Program-made: the position numbers and the translations under genes
Shown here: positions 7,965-16,924 of the stretch, in pieces
Numbering within the stretch: the stretch's first letter is position 1
How the letters are laid out: every line of letters begins with the position of its first letter
The notes under the pieces: model-generated
What the model was told of the DNA's origin: nothing
What the model saw: the letters and a program-made list of their open reading frames with translations, nothing else
Databases searched by the model: none
From: Candidatus Collierbacteria bacterium RIFOXYD2_FULL_45_13
Lineage (GTDB): Bacteria; Patescibacteriota; Microgenomatia; UBA1400; MFAQ01
Direction: 5' to 3'
DNA length: 64,000 bases
Assembly: GCA_001774685.1 (NCBI GenBank)
Contig: MFAS01000001.1
Coordinates: 223,557-287,556, forward strand

Positions 7965-10944
7965 CCGTTACTGGCAGACCTTCCGGCCAGCAGTGATTTT
8001 TGAAGTCGCAAGTGTCACAAGTAGTGTAGTCCGTGGTCCGATCGAACTTCAAATCACGGATATCGGCCATTGAAGTCTTGATCACTTCTTTCAGTGTCTC
8101 CACTTCTTCCTCGGTGATATTAAAGTGTTCCCTCCTGAAAGCCCCGCTCTTTTCCGGCTCGATAAAATCGATCACCGTCTGTACCACTTTATACGGAAAT
8201 GACTTATCCAAGTCAGCAAGCAAAGTATAGAAGACGAGCTGGCGTTTGTAATCACCGTCCGAGTTCTTGGTATTCCCTTCTATCTCATTCCGGCTCTTCG
8301 GGGCGCCAGTTTTGTAATCGATAAATCTTACGTGTTTATCTTCTTTACTGGTGAGGTCCACACGGTCCGCCTTACCGGACAAGGGAATGTCACCGAGCAC
8401 CGCGGCCGAAGACAAACTATCCCCGAACTTCTTCTCGGTGAACAGACTCGGCGCAAATTCATTCTTGTACTGATCGTAATACCCCGACAAGATTTTCCGC
8501 CCGTGTTCCAAGCGGCTCTTGTACTCCGGCTCCGTCAGAACTTCTTTCCGGAGCGCCGCTTCGAAGTCGCCAATGAAGTCTTCTCTTGATTCCAACTTCT
8601 CTCCGTTATTTAGTTTCAAACACAGCCGCTCCAAGGCAAAGTGGACCGCTGTCCCAAAACACATGGCCGGGGCTTTCGCCCGCGGGATTCGGTACAAGTT
8701 ATCCAGTTTGAATTTGTACGGGCATTTCAGGAAAGTATTTAGGGCCGTTGGACTGAGTTTGAAATCTTTGATCAGTTCGAACAAGAACTCCTTCTCACCT
8801 TCGTGAATAGTGGGCACGGTCGGAATCTGCATCATGGACGCGAGGATCTTCGCCGCTTTTTTCTCCAGACTCGCAGTCTTTACTTTCTTGATCGCCCCGG
8901 TCGGTAGATCCGACAGGAAGAGTGACGGGTACATCATCTTCACCGACGAGGAATATTTCGTGGACCCCACGATATACAGCTGTTGCTTCGCCCGTGTCAT
9001 AGCCACATAAAATAGACGTCGCTCCTCCGCATTCTTGTCCTCCTTACTCACATCCTGTTCGTTTATTATCCCTGGTGGCAGTTTGATCATCTGACGTCTG
9101 CTGGTATTACCCCAATGAGTATCCGCAAAGCGGTAGATATAGACCAATTTCCATTCGAGCCCCTTGGCTTTGTGCGCCGTCGTCAGAGTGACTGCCTTCG
9201 CGTCCGACACCAGAGTTTGCTCGGGTAGTTTCAACCCGTTCTCTTCCATGACTCCCAGATTAAAAACATAACCGAATAAGTCGAGACCCGAAAAGGCCGT
9301 CGCCTGCGCTTTCGTGTCTTCATAAAGAGTCCCGAAACGGTTCAGTTCGATGATTGGCTGGGGGAGAGCCAAAATGTAATCGAGAAGCCCCGATTCCTGA
9401 AAAATAATCTGGAACATTTCCGGCAAAGTATGAGATGAAGAGCGTGAGTTCCATGACACCAGCAGGCCGAACGTCTTAATAATGTCATCGTCGATTTCCG
9501 GATTCGCGTCCTGCAAAGTGTCCACCAAAGATTCTCGATTCCGATGGGCGTAACGCGCCGCCCTCAAAATGGCCAGCGGTTTTAGACCAAGATAGGGATA
9601 GTTCAAGACGGTAAAGAGATCGATATCATCCACCGGACCGGAGAGCCCCGTCACCACTTTCAAAATGCGCAGGAACTGTGACACCAAGGGGGTCTTCAGT
9701 ACATCGGTCCCGCCCTCCAAGCGGTAGGGAAGATTCTTCTGTTTGAAGAGATTAATCAGATTATCAATATCCCGGTTCTCTTTGACGATCACCGCAATCT
9801 CCTCCGCCGGGATCCCGGCATTCAGCTTTTTCTTTATCGACCGGCAGATGAACTCATCTTCCAGAATTGAGGAATTGAACTTCGCCGTCTTCACCGGCAC
9901 ATCCCGGTACTTCACCTTCGGTACCAACGTTTCTTCTCCAATGAGAGCCGCCGAAGATGTAAGTAGCGTAGGGGTCGAGCGGTAGTTGTCCGTCAGCTTG
10001 ACTGTAGTAAAGCCCGGGAATCTTTTCCGAAACTGCAAGAGGTTTTCTTTACTGGCTCCCTGGAATCTAAAAATTGATTGGTTAGCGTCTCCTACGCAAA
10101 AGATATTTGCTTTGTCGCCCCAGAAAGAGGAAAGAGCAAACACCAGCCGGTTCTGCGCCGAGTTCGTATCCTGATATTCGTCCACCAGAATGTACTGAAA
10201 ATTTTCTTCATACTGCTGCAGAAAATCCGGGTCCGACTCGAACGCCTCTACCACCCAATTGATCATGTCTTCGAAATCCAGACGCCCGATGACCTTTAGT
10301 TTTTCCTGATATTTTTCGTAGATAAAAAGCAGATCGGTATTTTTCTTGATTAGCGTTTCTTTCTCTGTCCTCGCCGTCTTCGTCATGCCGTCCTTCTCCA
10401 TCTCGAATTCTTCTGTCAGGGTGGCGACGAGCTCTGCGAACCTTTTCAGAGTAATGCCCTCCCGCTTGAGAATCGAGATCGCGCCGATGATATCTTTGAT
10501 GTACATCTGAGGCGCATTCACCGGTTTCAATAGTTCAAATGTATTCTTCTCCAAAATCTCGCTGATAATATTCACCCTCTCCAGCTCGGTCACATTCTGC
10601 ATCCCTGCGGGACGGGCGAATCTGTCCGGATTGTCACTGATGATCTCGTTACACAGGGCGTGGAAGGTGCCGATCTTTACGTAATACCCATCCTGACCGA
10701 TTAGATCGATGAGACGTTCCTTCATTTCCCTTGCCGCCGCATCGGTATAGGTAAGGGCGAGAATTGAGGAGGGGTCGGTATCGGTTTCTTTCAGGACATT
10801 GGCGATCCGCACCGTCAGCACTTGCGTCTTCCCTGTCCCCGGCCCGGCCAAAACCAGCACCGGCCCCTCAATACTATCGACGGCCAGTTTCTGCGTCGGA
10901 TTTAACTTTTTGTAAGCACTTTCAAAAGCAACTGTTACAGGCAT
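7945..10944 (-). CDS. UvrD/Rep-family SF1 helicase fused to a C-terminal Cas4/AddB-like PD-(D/E)XK nuclease with a 4-Cys (Fe-S) cluster
   Basis: Walker A (GPGTGKTQVLT), DEYQDT motif II, and other UvrD motifs. C-terminal region has CPYKF...GKADRVD...IDYKTG...QLVFYTLL...CDTCDFKNHC. Confidence 0.85.
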   Translation of the reverse strand: MPVTVAFESAYKKLNPTQKLAVDSIEGPVLVLAGPGTGKTQVLTVRIANVLKETDTDPSSILALTYTDAAAREMKERLIDLIGQDGYYVKIGTFHALCNEIISDNPDRFARPAGMQNVTELERVNIISEILEKNTFELLKPVNAPQMYIKDIIGAISILKREGITLKRFAELVATLTEEFEMEKDGMTKTARTEKETLIKKNTDLLFIYEKYQEKLKVIGRLDFEDMINWVVEAFESDPDFLQQYEENFQYILVDEYQDTNSAQNRLVFALSSFWGDKANIFCVGDANQSIFRFQGASKENLLQFRKRFPGFTTVKLTDNYRSTPTLLTSSAALIGEETLVPKVKYRDVPVKTAKFNSSILEDEFICRSIKKKLNAGIPAEEIAVIVKENRDIDNLINLFKQKNLPYRLEGGTDVLKTPLVSQFLRILKVVTGLSGPVDDIDLFTVLNYPYLGLKPLAILRAARYAHRNRESLVDTLQDANPEIDDDIIKTFGLLVSWNSRSSSHTLPEMFQIIFQESGLLDYILALPQPIIELNRFGTLYEDTKAQATAFSGLDLFGYVFNLGVMEENGLKLPEQTLVSDAKAVTLTTAHKAKGLEWKLVYIYRFADTHWGNTSRRQMIKLPPGIINEQDVSKEDKNAEERRLFYVAMTRAKQQLYIVGSTKYSSSVKMMYPSLFLSDLPTGAIKKVKTASLEKKAAKILASMMQIPTVPTIHEGEKEFLFELIKDFKLSPTALNTFLKCPYKFKLDNLYRIPRAKAPAMCFGTAVHFALERLCLKLNNGEKLESREDFIGDFEAALRKEVLTEPEYKSRLEHGRKILSGYYDQYKNEFAPSLFTEKKFGDSLSSAAVLGDIPLSGKADRVDLTSKEDKHVRFIDYKTGAPKSRNEIEGNTKNSDGDYKRQLVFYTLLADLDKSFPYKVVQTVIDFIEPEKSGAFRREHFNITEEEVETLKEVIKTSMADIRDLKFDRTTDYTTCDTCDFKNHCWPEGLPVTVDSEET

Positions 10945-10950
10945 GACTTA

Positions 10951-11580
10951 TTGTATATCGTTATATCATTAATCTTACTTATGGATATTACCCTCGCCAA
11001 GAAACATCTCCAAAAAGATCCCCAGCTGAAACCTCTTTTGGAAAGGTATACGATTGAAGCTAGAGGTATATCTGCCGATCTTTTTCGTGATCTCCTGGAG
11101 TCCATCATCGGTCAACAGCTCTCCGTCAAAGCCGCCGACACTATCATTCAGCGCTTTATAAACCTTTTTGCGGACGCGAAGAATATTAGGCCCGAAGACG
11201 TCCTCGGCCAAGATGATGTCACTCTTCGGTCTGTCGGTCTTTCCCGTCAAAAGATATCCTATCTCCGGTCTCTTTCCGAATTCATTGTTTCTGAAAAAAT
11301 AATCCTGAACGCCCTCAAGGATCAGCCGGACGAACTGGTAATTACCAGTCTGACGGCGGTCAAGGGTATTGGTCGCTGGACCGCCGAGATGGTTTTAATA
11401 TTTTCACTTGGAAGAGAAGATATTTTTTCTGTAGGGGATCTCGGGCTACGCACCGCCGTCTCCCGGATCTATGGTGTGGATCGTGAAGATAAAACCAAAA
11501 TCGAAAAAATCTCTCAAACCTGGAGCCCTTTCCGGTCAGTTGCCAGCCTCTATCTCTGGCGAAGCCTCGACAACAAATAG
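10951..11580 (+). CDS. HhH-GPD superfamily DNA glycosylase (AlkA/3-methyladenine glycosylase II-like)
   Basis: LTAVKGIGRWTAEMVLIFSLGREDIFSVGDLGLR is the helix-hairpin-helix plus Gly/Pro-rich loop with the catalytic Asp. Confidence 0.7.
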   Translation: MYIVISLILLMDITLAKKHLQKDPQLKPLLERYTIEARGISADLFRDLLESIIGQQLSVKAADTIIQRFINLFADAKNIRPEDVLGQDDVTLRSVGLSRQKISYLRSLSEFIVSEKIILNALKDQPDELVITSLTAVKGIGRWTAEMVLIFSLGREDIFSVGDLGLRTAVSRIYGVDREDKTKIEKISQTWSPFRSVASLYLWRSLDNK

Positions 11581-12048
11581 AGGAGTATGCTCTGTTCGTC
11601 TTCTTTGCATGGCGCTTCCAGGTTTCTGTTCTTGATATCGAGGACCTCTCCGGCGAAACATTACCTCATCCAGACCCAAGACTCCAATCGCATAGATCAC
11701 TATCGATATGGTTAGTACCAATCCAAGCAACACCAACACGGGATTCTTTCTGTACGAAAAGTCGAACCGCCTCAAAAGAGTAATTCCCAGGGCTACGCTA
11801 ATGATGGCCAGCGGAACAAACCAAAGTGGCAGGACGGCGACCAGTTCGTTCCAACGATATGCTCCCATTGGCCCGTGACTTTTCAGCAAGAATCTTCCAA
11901 GAGAAGATATATAAATGATGGATAGCAAAGATCCAACCAGCCCGAGAATAGAAAATAATCCACCCAGAACAAAATATATCTTAGGCCTAATCTTAATGGC
12001 ACCGCTTTCCACTTTTTCCATAACCTCATTTTTTATTGTTTTTTGCAT
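11536..12048 (-). CDS. Polytopic membrane protein overlapping the ECF sigma gene (possible anti-sigma or partner)
   Basis: 170 aa with four TM helices. Its start overlaps the stop of the sigma-factor gene by 16 nt. Confidence 0.4.
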   Translation of the reverse strand: MQKTIKNEVMEKVESGAIKIRPKIYFVLGGLFSILGLVGSLLSIIYISSLGRFLLKSHGPMGAYRWNELVAVLPLWFVPLAIISVALGITLLRRFDFSYRKNPVLVLLGLVLTISIVIYAIGVLGLDEVMFRRRGPRYQEQKPGSAMQRRRTEHTPLFVVEASPEIEAGN

Positions 12049-12617
12049 ATTTGCTTCATTAATTTTTTTGCCCTACTGATTCTGATAGCTACTGTTCCTT
12101 CTGGGATTCTCAAGATGTCGCTGATCTCCCGGTAAGTTTTCTCTTCTAGATAATATAATGCTAATGGTTCCGAATACTTCAACTTGAGGTTGTCAAGACA
12201 GTCAGACACCATTTTGATTTTTTCTTTGTACATCATTTCCTCTTCCAGATCTTGTCCGCTTGGCCAATCAAAGTCCGGCAACATCGGTAGAAATCTCCAA
12301 CGATTTCTCATGGAATTCATAGACATATTGTGAACAATCCGGTAGATCCAGCTAGAAAACTTTTTGTCCCTCCTAAATCCGTTTAGATTTTTATAAGCAC
12401 TGATAAAGCTGTCTTGTACGACGTCCTGAGCTTCATCTGTATCGTGAACCAAGTAAGTTGCATATCTCAAAAGTTTTTCCTGGTACCTATCCACGATTGA
12501 AGCAAAAAGGGTCTTGTTACCCAAGACAACTTCCCCAACTATTTGTTCGTCAGATAACTTCATATGTTCCACATTAATAATACAATCAACTCCCCCAACT
12601 TCTTTCAAAAACGCCAA
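12033..12617 (-). CDS. ECF-type RNA polymerase sigma-70 factor
   Basis: Region 2 (DTDEAQDVVQDSFISAYKNLNGF...WIYRIVHN) and region 4 (YREISDILRIPEGTVAIRISRAKKLMK). Confidence 0.8.
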   Translation of the reverse strand: MAFLKEVGGVDCIINVEHMKLSDEQIVGEVVLGNKTLFASIVDRYQEKLLRYATYLVHDTDEAQDVVQDSFISAYKNLNGFRRDKKFSSWIYRIVHNMSMNSMRNRWRFLPMLPDFDWPSGQDLEEEMMYKEKIKMVSDCLDNLKLKYSEPLALYYLEEKTYREISDILRIPEGTVAIRISRAKKLMKQICKKQ

Positions 12618-12658
12618 ATCCCGGTCTCCCGGGATTTAGTCGTCATGCTCTGGTAGCT

Positions 12659-13033
12659 TTACCTATTTCTGCCCATACCTCTTCCTTGTCCGGATCCTCT
12701 CTGTAGGTTCAACCCGAGGTTGGTTCTAATCGCGTTTGACTCATCAAGCCTTCCGGCTTCTGCCAGCTGGTGAGCTTTGGCAAACTCGGCAAAGTTGTCT
12801 TTGTTCACTATCTCAGAAACTCTACCACGCCCACCTATTTGAGTCTTCCAGGCCTCGTAGTTGTTAGTCTCAAAAGCCTTTTCCATGGCTTCGTGTCTCT
12901 CAGCACTGTAGTTAGGCCCTTGGATGGCAGGGTTGCCTCTATAGGCCAGAGCTCTACTTGCGTAGACTCCTCCGGCGAGTAATGTTAATACCAGTGAACT
13001 TCCAATTATTATGTTTTTATTCATTTTGTTCAC
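12659..13033 (-). CDS. Secreted hypothetical protein (signal peptide, Gly/Arg-rich C-terminus)
   Basis: N-terminal signal-like hydrophobic segment. It lies immediately upstream of the ECF sigma gene on the same strand. Confidence 0.4.
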   Translation of the reverse strand: MNKMNKNIIIGSSLVLTLLAGGVYASRALAYRGNPAIQGPNYSAERHEAMEKAFETNNYEAWKTQIGGRGRVSEIVNKDNFAEFAKAHQLAEAGRLDESNAIRTNLGLNLQRGSGQGRGMGRNR

Positions 13034-13095
13034 CTCCTTTCATTGTTAATACACATTCCTTCTATGTTTTCTTTCGCATTTGCTATATTTAGTCC

Positions 13096-14010
13096 ATGTC
13101 CAACAAAGAAAACGATCGTAACTTGGAAATTAAGACCCCCGAGGGATACTTGCCTGTCGTCAAACCAGAAGTTTTTGAAACGAAACAAGGACTCGTCTAT
13201 CTCCAGTCTCCCGGTATTGCTGTTATATCGGTACCTTCTGTAGACCTCCGTGGAATTCAAGGTTTCCTTGATGGCTTCCCAGAAGAGTTGGGCTTCAGTG
13301 ATTTTTTGAAAGATCCGACACCTCTGCCTTCTGCCGAAACATTATGTAAGTTTGCCGGTCAGCTTTGTTACGAAAGTTTCGGTCCCAATCGCACGGTCAA
13401 CGAATATGCCGTTAAATATTTTGAAAACATTATGGAGTCCGGTCACGGATCCGTTCTCGAACACGCCAACGTCACCATGCTCTGGTGGGGAATCTCTCGC
13501 AGTCTGACTCACGAACTGGTCCGCCATCGCGCCGGTTTTGGTTTCTCGCAAGTTTCTCAAAGATATGTCGGTGGCAAAACCTTAAGATTTGTTGAAAGAC
13601 CGGAATACGCAGGTGACCCTTATCTTCATAAATTATTTGAAGATAGGATAGACAGGGCTCAGCAAGAATATGAAGCCATGACGGACTATTTGGTTGCCAA
13701 ACAAAAAGAAGGTGCTGAAATTCTCGGTGCCGAACACAAAACCGATCTCCGAAAAAAAGTTCGTCAAGCAGCCAGGTCATTGCTACCAAATGAAACTGAA
13801 GCCCCAGTTGTGGTCACCGCCAACATTCGAGCTTGGCGCCATTTTCTGAACATGCGAGGCAGTGAACATGCCGAAACGGAAATTAGACGTGCCGCCTTTG
13901 AAAGTTATCGTTGTCTCTCTCGGATAGCACCACTCCTCTTTGGAGACTTTAAAGTCGTTCATCTTCACGATGGCACTCACGGGCTTTCCACACCATTTCC
14001 AAAAGTTTAA
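13096..14010 (+). CDS. thyX: Flavin-dependent thymidylate synthase ThyX
   Basis: ThyX signature RHRAGFGFSQVSQRY (RHRx7-8S) in a protein of about 300 aa. Confidence 0.85.
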   Translation: MSNKENDRNLEIKTPEGYLPVVKPEVFETKQGLVYLQSPGIAVISVPSVDLRGIQGFLDGFPEELGFSDFLKDPTPLPSAETLCKFAGQLCYESFGPNRTVNEYAVKYFENIMESGHGSVLEHANVTMLWWGISRSLTHELVRHRAGFGFSQVSQRYVGGKTLRFVERPEYAGDPYLHKLFEDRIDRAQQEYEAMTDYLVAKQKEGAEILGAEHKTDLRKKVRQAARSLLPNETEAPVVVTANIRAWRHFLNMRGSEHAETEIRRAAFESYRCLSRIAPLLFGDFKVVHLHDGTHGLSTPFPKV

Positions 14011-15077
14011 GATCTATTTCCAAATGATGGAGATACCGCAAAAGGTATTTCTTCCCAGTCCTTGACTTTTCTGACTTTGAGATTTTTTCCCCAGACGGCA
14101 TCCAGTATCTTGGTATCTACCCCCTTGCTCTTGGCCATCGCTCTCAGTGCCAGCAGATCTTTGGGGAAGCATTTACCTCCAAAGCCTCTCAAGGTCGTAA
14201 TGTCCAGATGCCCGTCCAGAATCCTTTTATCCGCCACCACCATTTTCTTCACCTCTTCATATTTAATTCCCAGCTTTTCGCAGATCTCGCACATTTCATT
14301 GGCAAATATTACTTTTGTGGCTAAGAAACAATTGGCCATGTACTTCACCATCTCAGCCGAAGTTGGGTCGGTTTGGAAAATTGGCGCCAGTGGCAGTACC
14401 GCCTGATACATCGCCGAGACTCTCCTTGAGACTTGATCGTTGGTCGCTCCTATGACCAATCTGTCGGTATTTACAAAATCTTGCAAGAACGAGGCCTCCC
14501 TCAAAAACTCAGGGTTAAAACAAAACAGGTTCTTGGGATATTTATTGATGTAGCCCATTGTCGTACCCGGCACCACCGTCGATTTGATCAGAATTATTTT
14601 GTCTGTCCCCTTCGTCAATTTGGCCAGATCGTGAATACTTTCGTCCATGATTGAAAGATCGATACCCGACTCATCTTCTCTGATGGGTGTCGGTAAACAC
14701 ACGAAAATATAGTCGGAATTCCCAGCCACTTCGGGTAAAGATTCGAAGTCCTTATATTTATCGTAAATATGTACTTCGTGATTGGAAAAACCGTACTCCA
14801 CTGCCTGTCCCACAAAGCCATATCCAATAATCCCTATCCGGAAACTTCTTTTGGTTTTGGTATTGGCACTTTGGGTCACCGGCATAATTCCTCGCGCCCC
14901 GGAATTTTGCTGTAATCTCCCTTTATCAATCAGAGACTTAATATATTGATGAATGGTGGGCACACTTCTTTTGAACTTTTTGGCTATCTCTTCCAGCGTT
15001 GGAGAGAACTGATTATTCCGATAATATTCTTCTATGAAATCTAAAATCTGCTTTTGTTTTGGGGTTATACCTAACAT
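14007..15077 (-). CDS. Fusion of a LexA-type winged-HTH DNA-binding domain and a UDP-glucose/GDP-mannose-dehydrogenase-like domain lacking the C-terminal nucleotide-sugar domain
   Basis: N-terminal 65 aa (LT.KQ..IL.FI...........PTLEEIA..F...V.TIH.Y...L..KGRL...SGARGI) matches the LexA DNA-binding domain. The rest matches UDPGDH: GIIGYGFVGQA, IKSTVVPGTT, NPEFLREAS, and the catalytic GGKCFPKD. Confidence 0.7.
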   Translation of the reverse strand: MLGITPKQKQILDFIEEYYRNNQFSPTLEEIAKKFKRSVPTIHQYIKSLIDKGRLQQNSGARGIMPVTQSANTKTKRSFRIGIIGYGFVGQAVEYGFSNHEVHIYDKYKDFESLPEVAGNSDYIFVCLPTPIREDESGIDLSIMDESIHDLAKLTKGTDKIILIKSTVVPGTTMGYINKYPKNLFCFNPEFLREASFLQDFVNTDRLVIGATNDQVSRRVSAMYQAVLPLAPIFQTDPTSAEMVKYMANCFLATKVIFANEMCEICEKLGIKYEEVKKMVVADKRILDGHLDITTLRGFGGKCFPKDLLALRAMAKSKGVDTKILDAVWGKNLKVRKVKDWEEIPFAVSPSFGNRS

Positions 15078-15153
15078 ATTACTAATAATTTACTAATAAA
15101 ATCATCATAAACATAAATGCCTTTACTGTCAAATGAAGGTTAGGGTCTTTTTA

Positions 15154-15966
15154 CTACTTAAACGGGCCTCGTAATTTCTCCGGCATTATCTGTGCTATTT
15201 TGGACATCGCTTCTATCGCCGCCAAGTTTGATTCAAAAGTCGAAATTAAAAATGGCTGCCCGACCCTCACCTCAATTTCCTTGTCATCTTCTTCCCAAAT
15301 TGCCACCGGCACCGTCGATATTCCAACCTTGGTAGCCAAAACCGCTAACTTCCCCGACCCGTCATGATAGGTATCCACTCGCGATATCACCCCTTCATCT
15401 TCCACGTGTCCTTCGGGCGAAATGACTACAATACTATTTTCTTTGAAGGCTCTCATGATTTTTCTAACCGCGACCGTTCTTCCGGACACAAAATCTTTTC
15501 GGTCTTCCGTATTGGGAACCGAGATAATATTATTCGAATACATTTGATGAAATCTTTTTAGTAGAGAGACAGATCCGGGCACCGCTCTTTTGCCTACATA
15601 GTTTTCTGTCGTCATCGGAATCTCCGATCCCATGGCAAGCTTCATTTGTTGCCCGCTATTTTCATTTATGCCTACTATTAGTTTCAGCATCGCCGGCAGT
15701 AAGGTGTCCATATTCGGATGGTTGAAGACGATCAAACACCCCACATTTCTTGGCATATTTTCTAAACCCATGAGATTCACTTGATTCTCCGACTCCAGTT
15801 CTCTCAGTAGCCTTTTGGCATCGGATACGATATCTCTTCCTGTTTCTCCTCTTAGCATTCCGTCAATTAGTTCCTTAATCAGCCCGGCTCTATAAAAAGA
15901 ACCTACGATTTCCGGCAATTTCCCCAGCTCGGGCGCAAGTGGCATTTGTAGCCTTAATGATACCAA
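15154..15966 (-). CDS. Putative lysophospholipid (PlsC-like) acyltransferase
   Basis: VFNHPNMD (HxxxD-like block) and VISPEG (PEG block). The motif spacing is atypical, so this is a low-confidence assignment. Confidence 0.4.
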   Translation of the reverse strand: MVSLRLQMPLAPELGKLPEIVGSFYRAGLIKELIDGMLRGETGRDIVSDAKRLLRELESENQVNLMGLENMPRNVGCLIVFNHPNMDTLLPAMLKLIVGINENSGQQMKLAMGSEIPMTTENYVGKRAVPGSVSLLKRFHQMYSNNIISVPNTEDRKDFVSGRTVAVRKIMRAFKENSIVVISPEGHVEDEGVISRVDTYHDGSGKLAVLATKVGISTVPVAIWEEDDKEIEVRVGQPFLISTFESNLAAIEAMSKIAQIMPEKLRGPFK

Positions 15967-16001
15967 AAAGCCGGGTGCTCATGACACCCGGAATAATTAA
16001 T

Positions 16002-16646
16002 TTACGGAAAGACCACTTCTCGTCTCGCCGTCTCCAGCGCGACTTTGGCTTTTTCGACACCCTCTATCAACCTTTCCGGCAGACCGCCGGGGAAGAGAAT
16101 ATTCACCATACCCGGATGGATCCATTTCAGGTGATGTGTATCCAGCCACCGTCCGGCTCGAGGCACCGCCACCGGCTCGGTCCCCCAGATCGAGTACCCC
16201 ATTCTTTCCAGAGCCTTTCTGGAAGCTTCGTTCTCGACTCTCACCGAACTGCGTAGGGTAAAGCAGTTCAAATAGTCGGCCGCAAACATAGTTCTTCCCA
16301 GATGAGCGGCAGAGGCCACCCCTTTACCCCACCAGGTTGGATCCCAGACAATAATGCCGGAAGAACACGAATTGTTTCTTCCTGACAAATCATGCAGGGC
16401 CGTTACTCCCACCACCACCTCGGATCCGTCAGGCTGGATTCCCCAGACGCAACTATCCGGATCTTTGCGATTCTTTTCATACCACTCAACCTCATTTTCG
16501 AGGGTCTGGGCGAAAAGCCCCTTGGTGTACATATGGATCTTCATCGAAGAAAAATGTTTGACGAGCTCAGGCAGATCGTCTTTACATAGGGCACGCAGTG
16601 TCACACCTTGGCCTTTGTGAGAAACCTTCATCGTTATACCGTACAT
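16002..16646 (-). CDS. GNAT-family N-acetyltransferase (RimJ/RimL-like)
   Basis: GNAT core (VVGVTAL...WWGKGVASAA...ALERMGY). I set the start at the ATG that is preceded by a strong AGGAGG RBS. The longer frame would start at a GTG at 16685. Confidence 0.7.
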   Translation of the reverse strand: MYGITMKVSHKGQGVTLRALCKDDLPELVKHFSSMKIHMYTKGLFAQTLENEVEWYEKNRKDPDSCVWGIQPDGSEVVVGVTALHDLSGRNNSCSSGIIVWDPTWWGKGVASAAHLGRTMFAADYLNCFTLRSSVRVENEASRKALERMGYSIWGTEPVAVPRAGRWLDTHHLKWIHPGMVNILFPGGLPERLIEGVEKAKVALETARREVVFP

Positions 16647-16733
16647 AGCTACCTCCTGACAATTTAATGTTCCGGCCAAGCTCACTACTCATGAGATAGT
16701 TAGTTTGGCCGGCTAAAACTCCAAGAGGGGGTG

Positions 16734-16764
16734 AAAAACCGAAAAAGCCTCCGCTTGGAGGCTT
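16734..16764 (-). terminator. Intrinsic terminator inside the leader upstream of the GNAT gene (minus strand)
   Basis: Minus-strand read: AAGCCUCC-AAGC-GGAGGCUU followed by UUUUCGGUUUUUC. Confidence 0.45.
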
Positions 16765-16924
16765 AAACAGCAAACTAAATCTGCTCTTATGCCCCCGTTT
16801 GGGTATCAAAATCGACACCCATTTCATGGGTGGTCGGTTTTGAGGCAATGAGGCACAAATTTCTAAACATAAAGAAATTATACCATACTATAAGTCAAAA
16901 TCCATCTTGGGGTAGAATAATCTC

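Noticed and set aside
16582-16848. 88-aa minus-strand ORF spanning the GNAT leader
   Set aside because: It has no Shine-Dalgarno sequence, it overlaps the terminator hairpin and the GNAT start, and its product is low-complexity. An RNA element is more plausible than a protein-coding gene.
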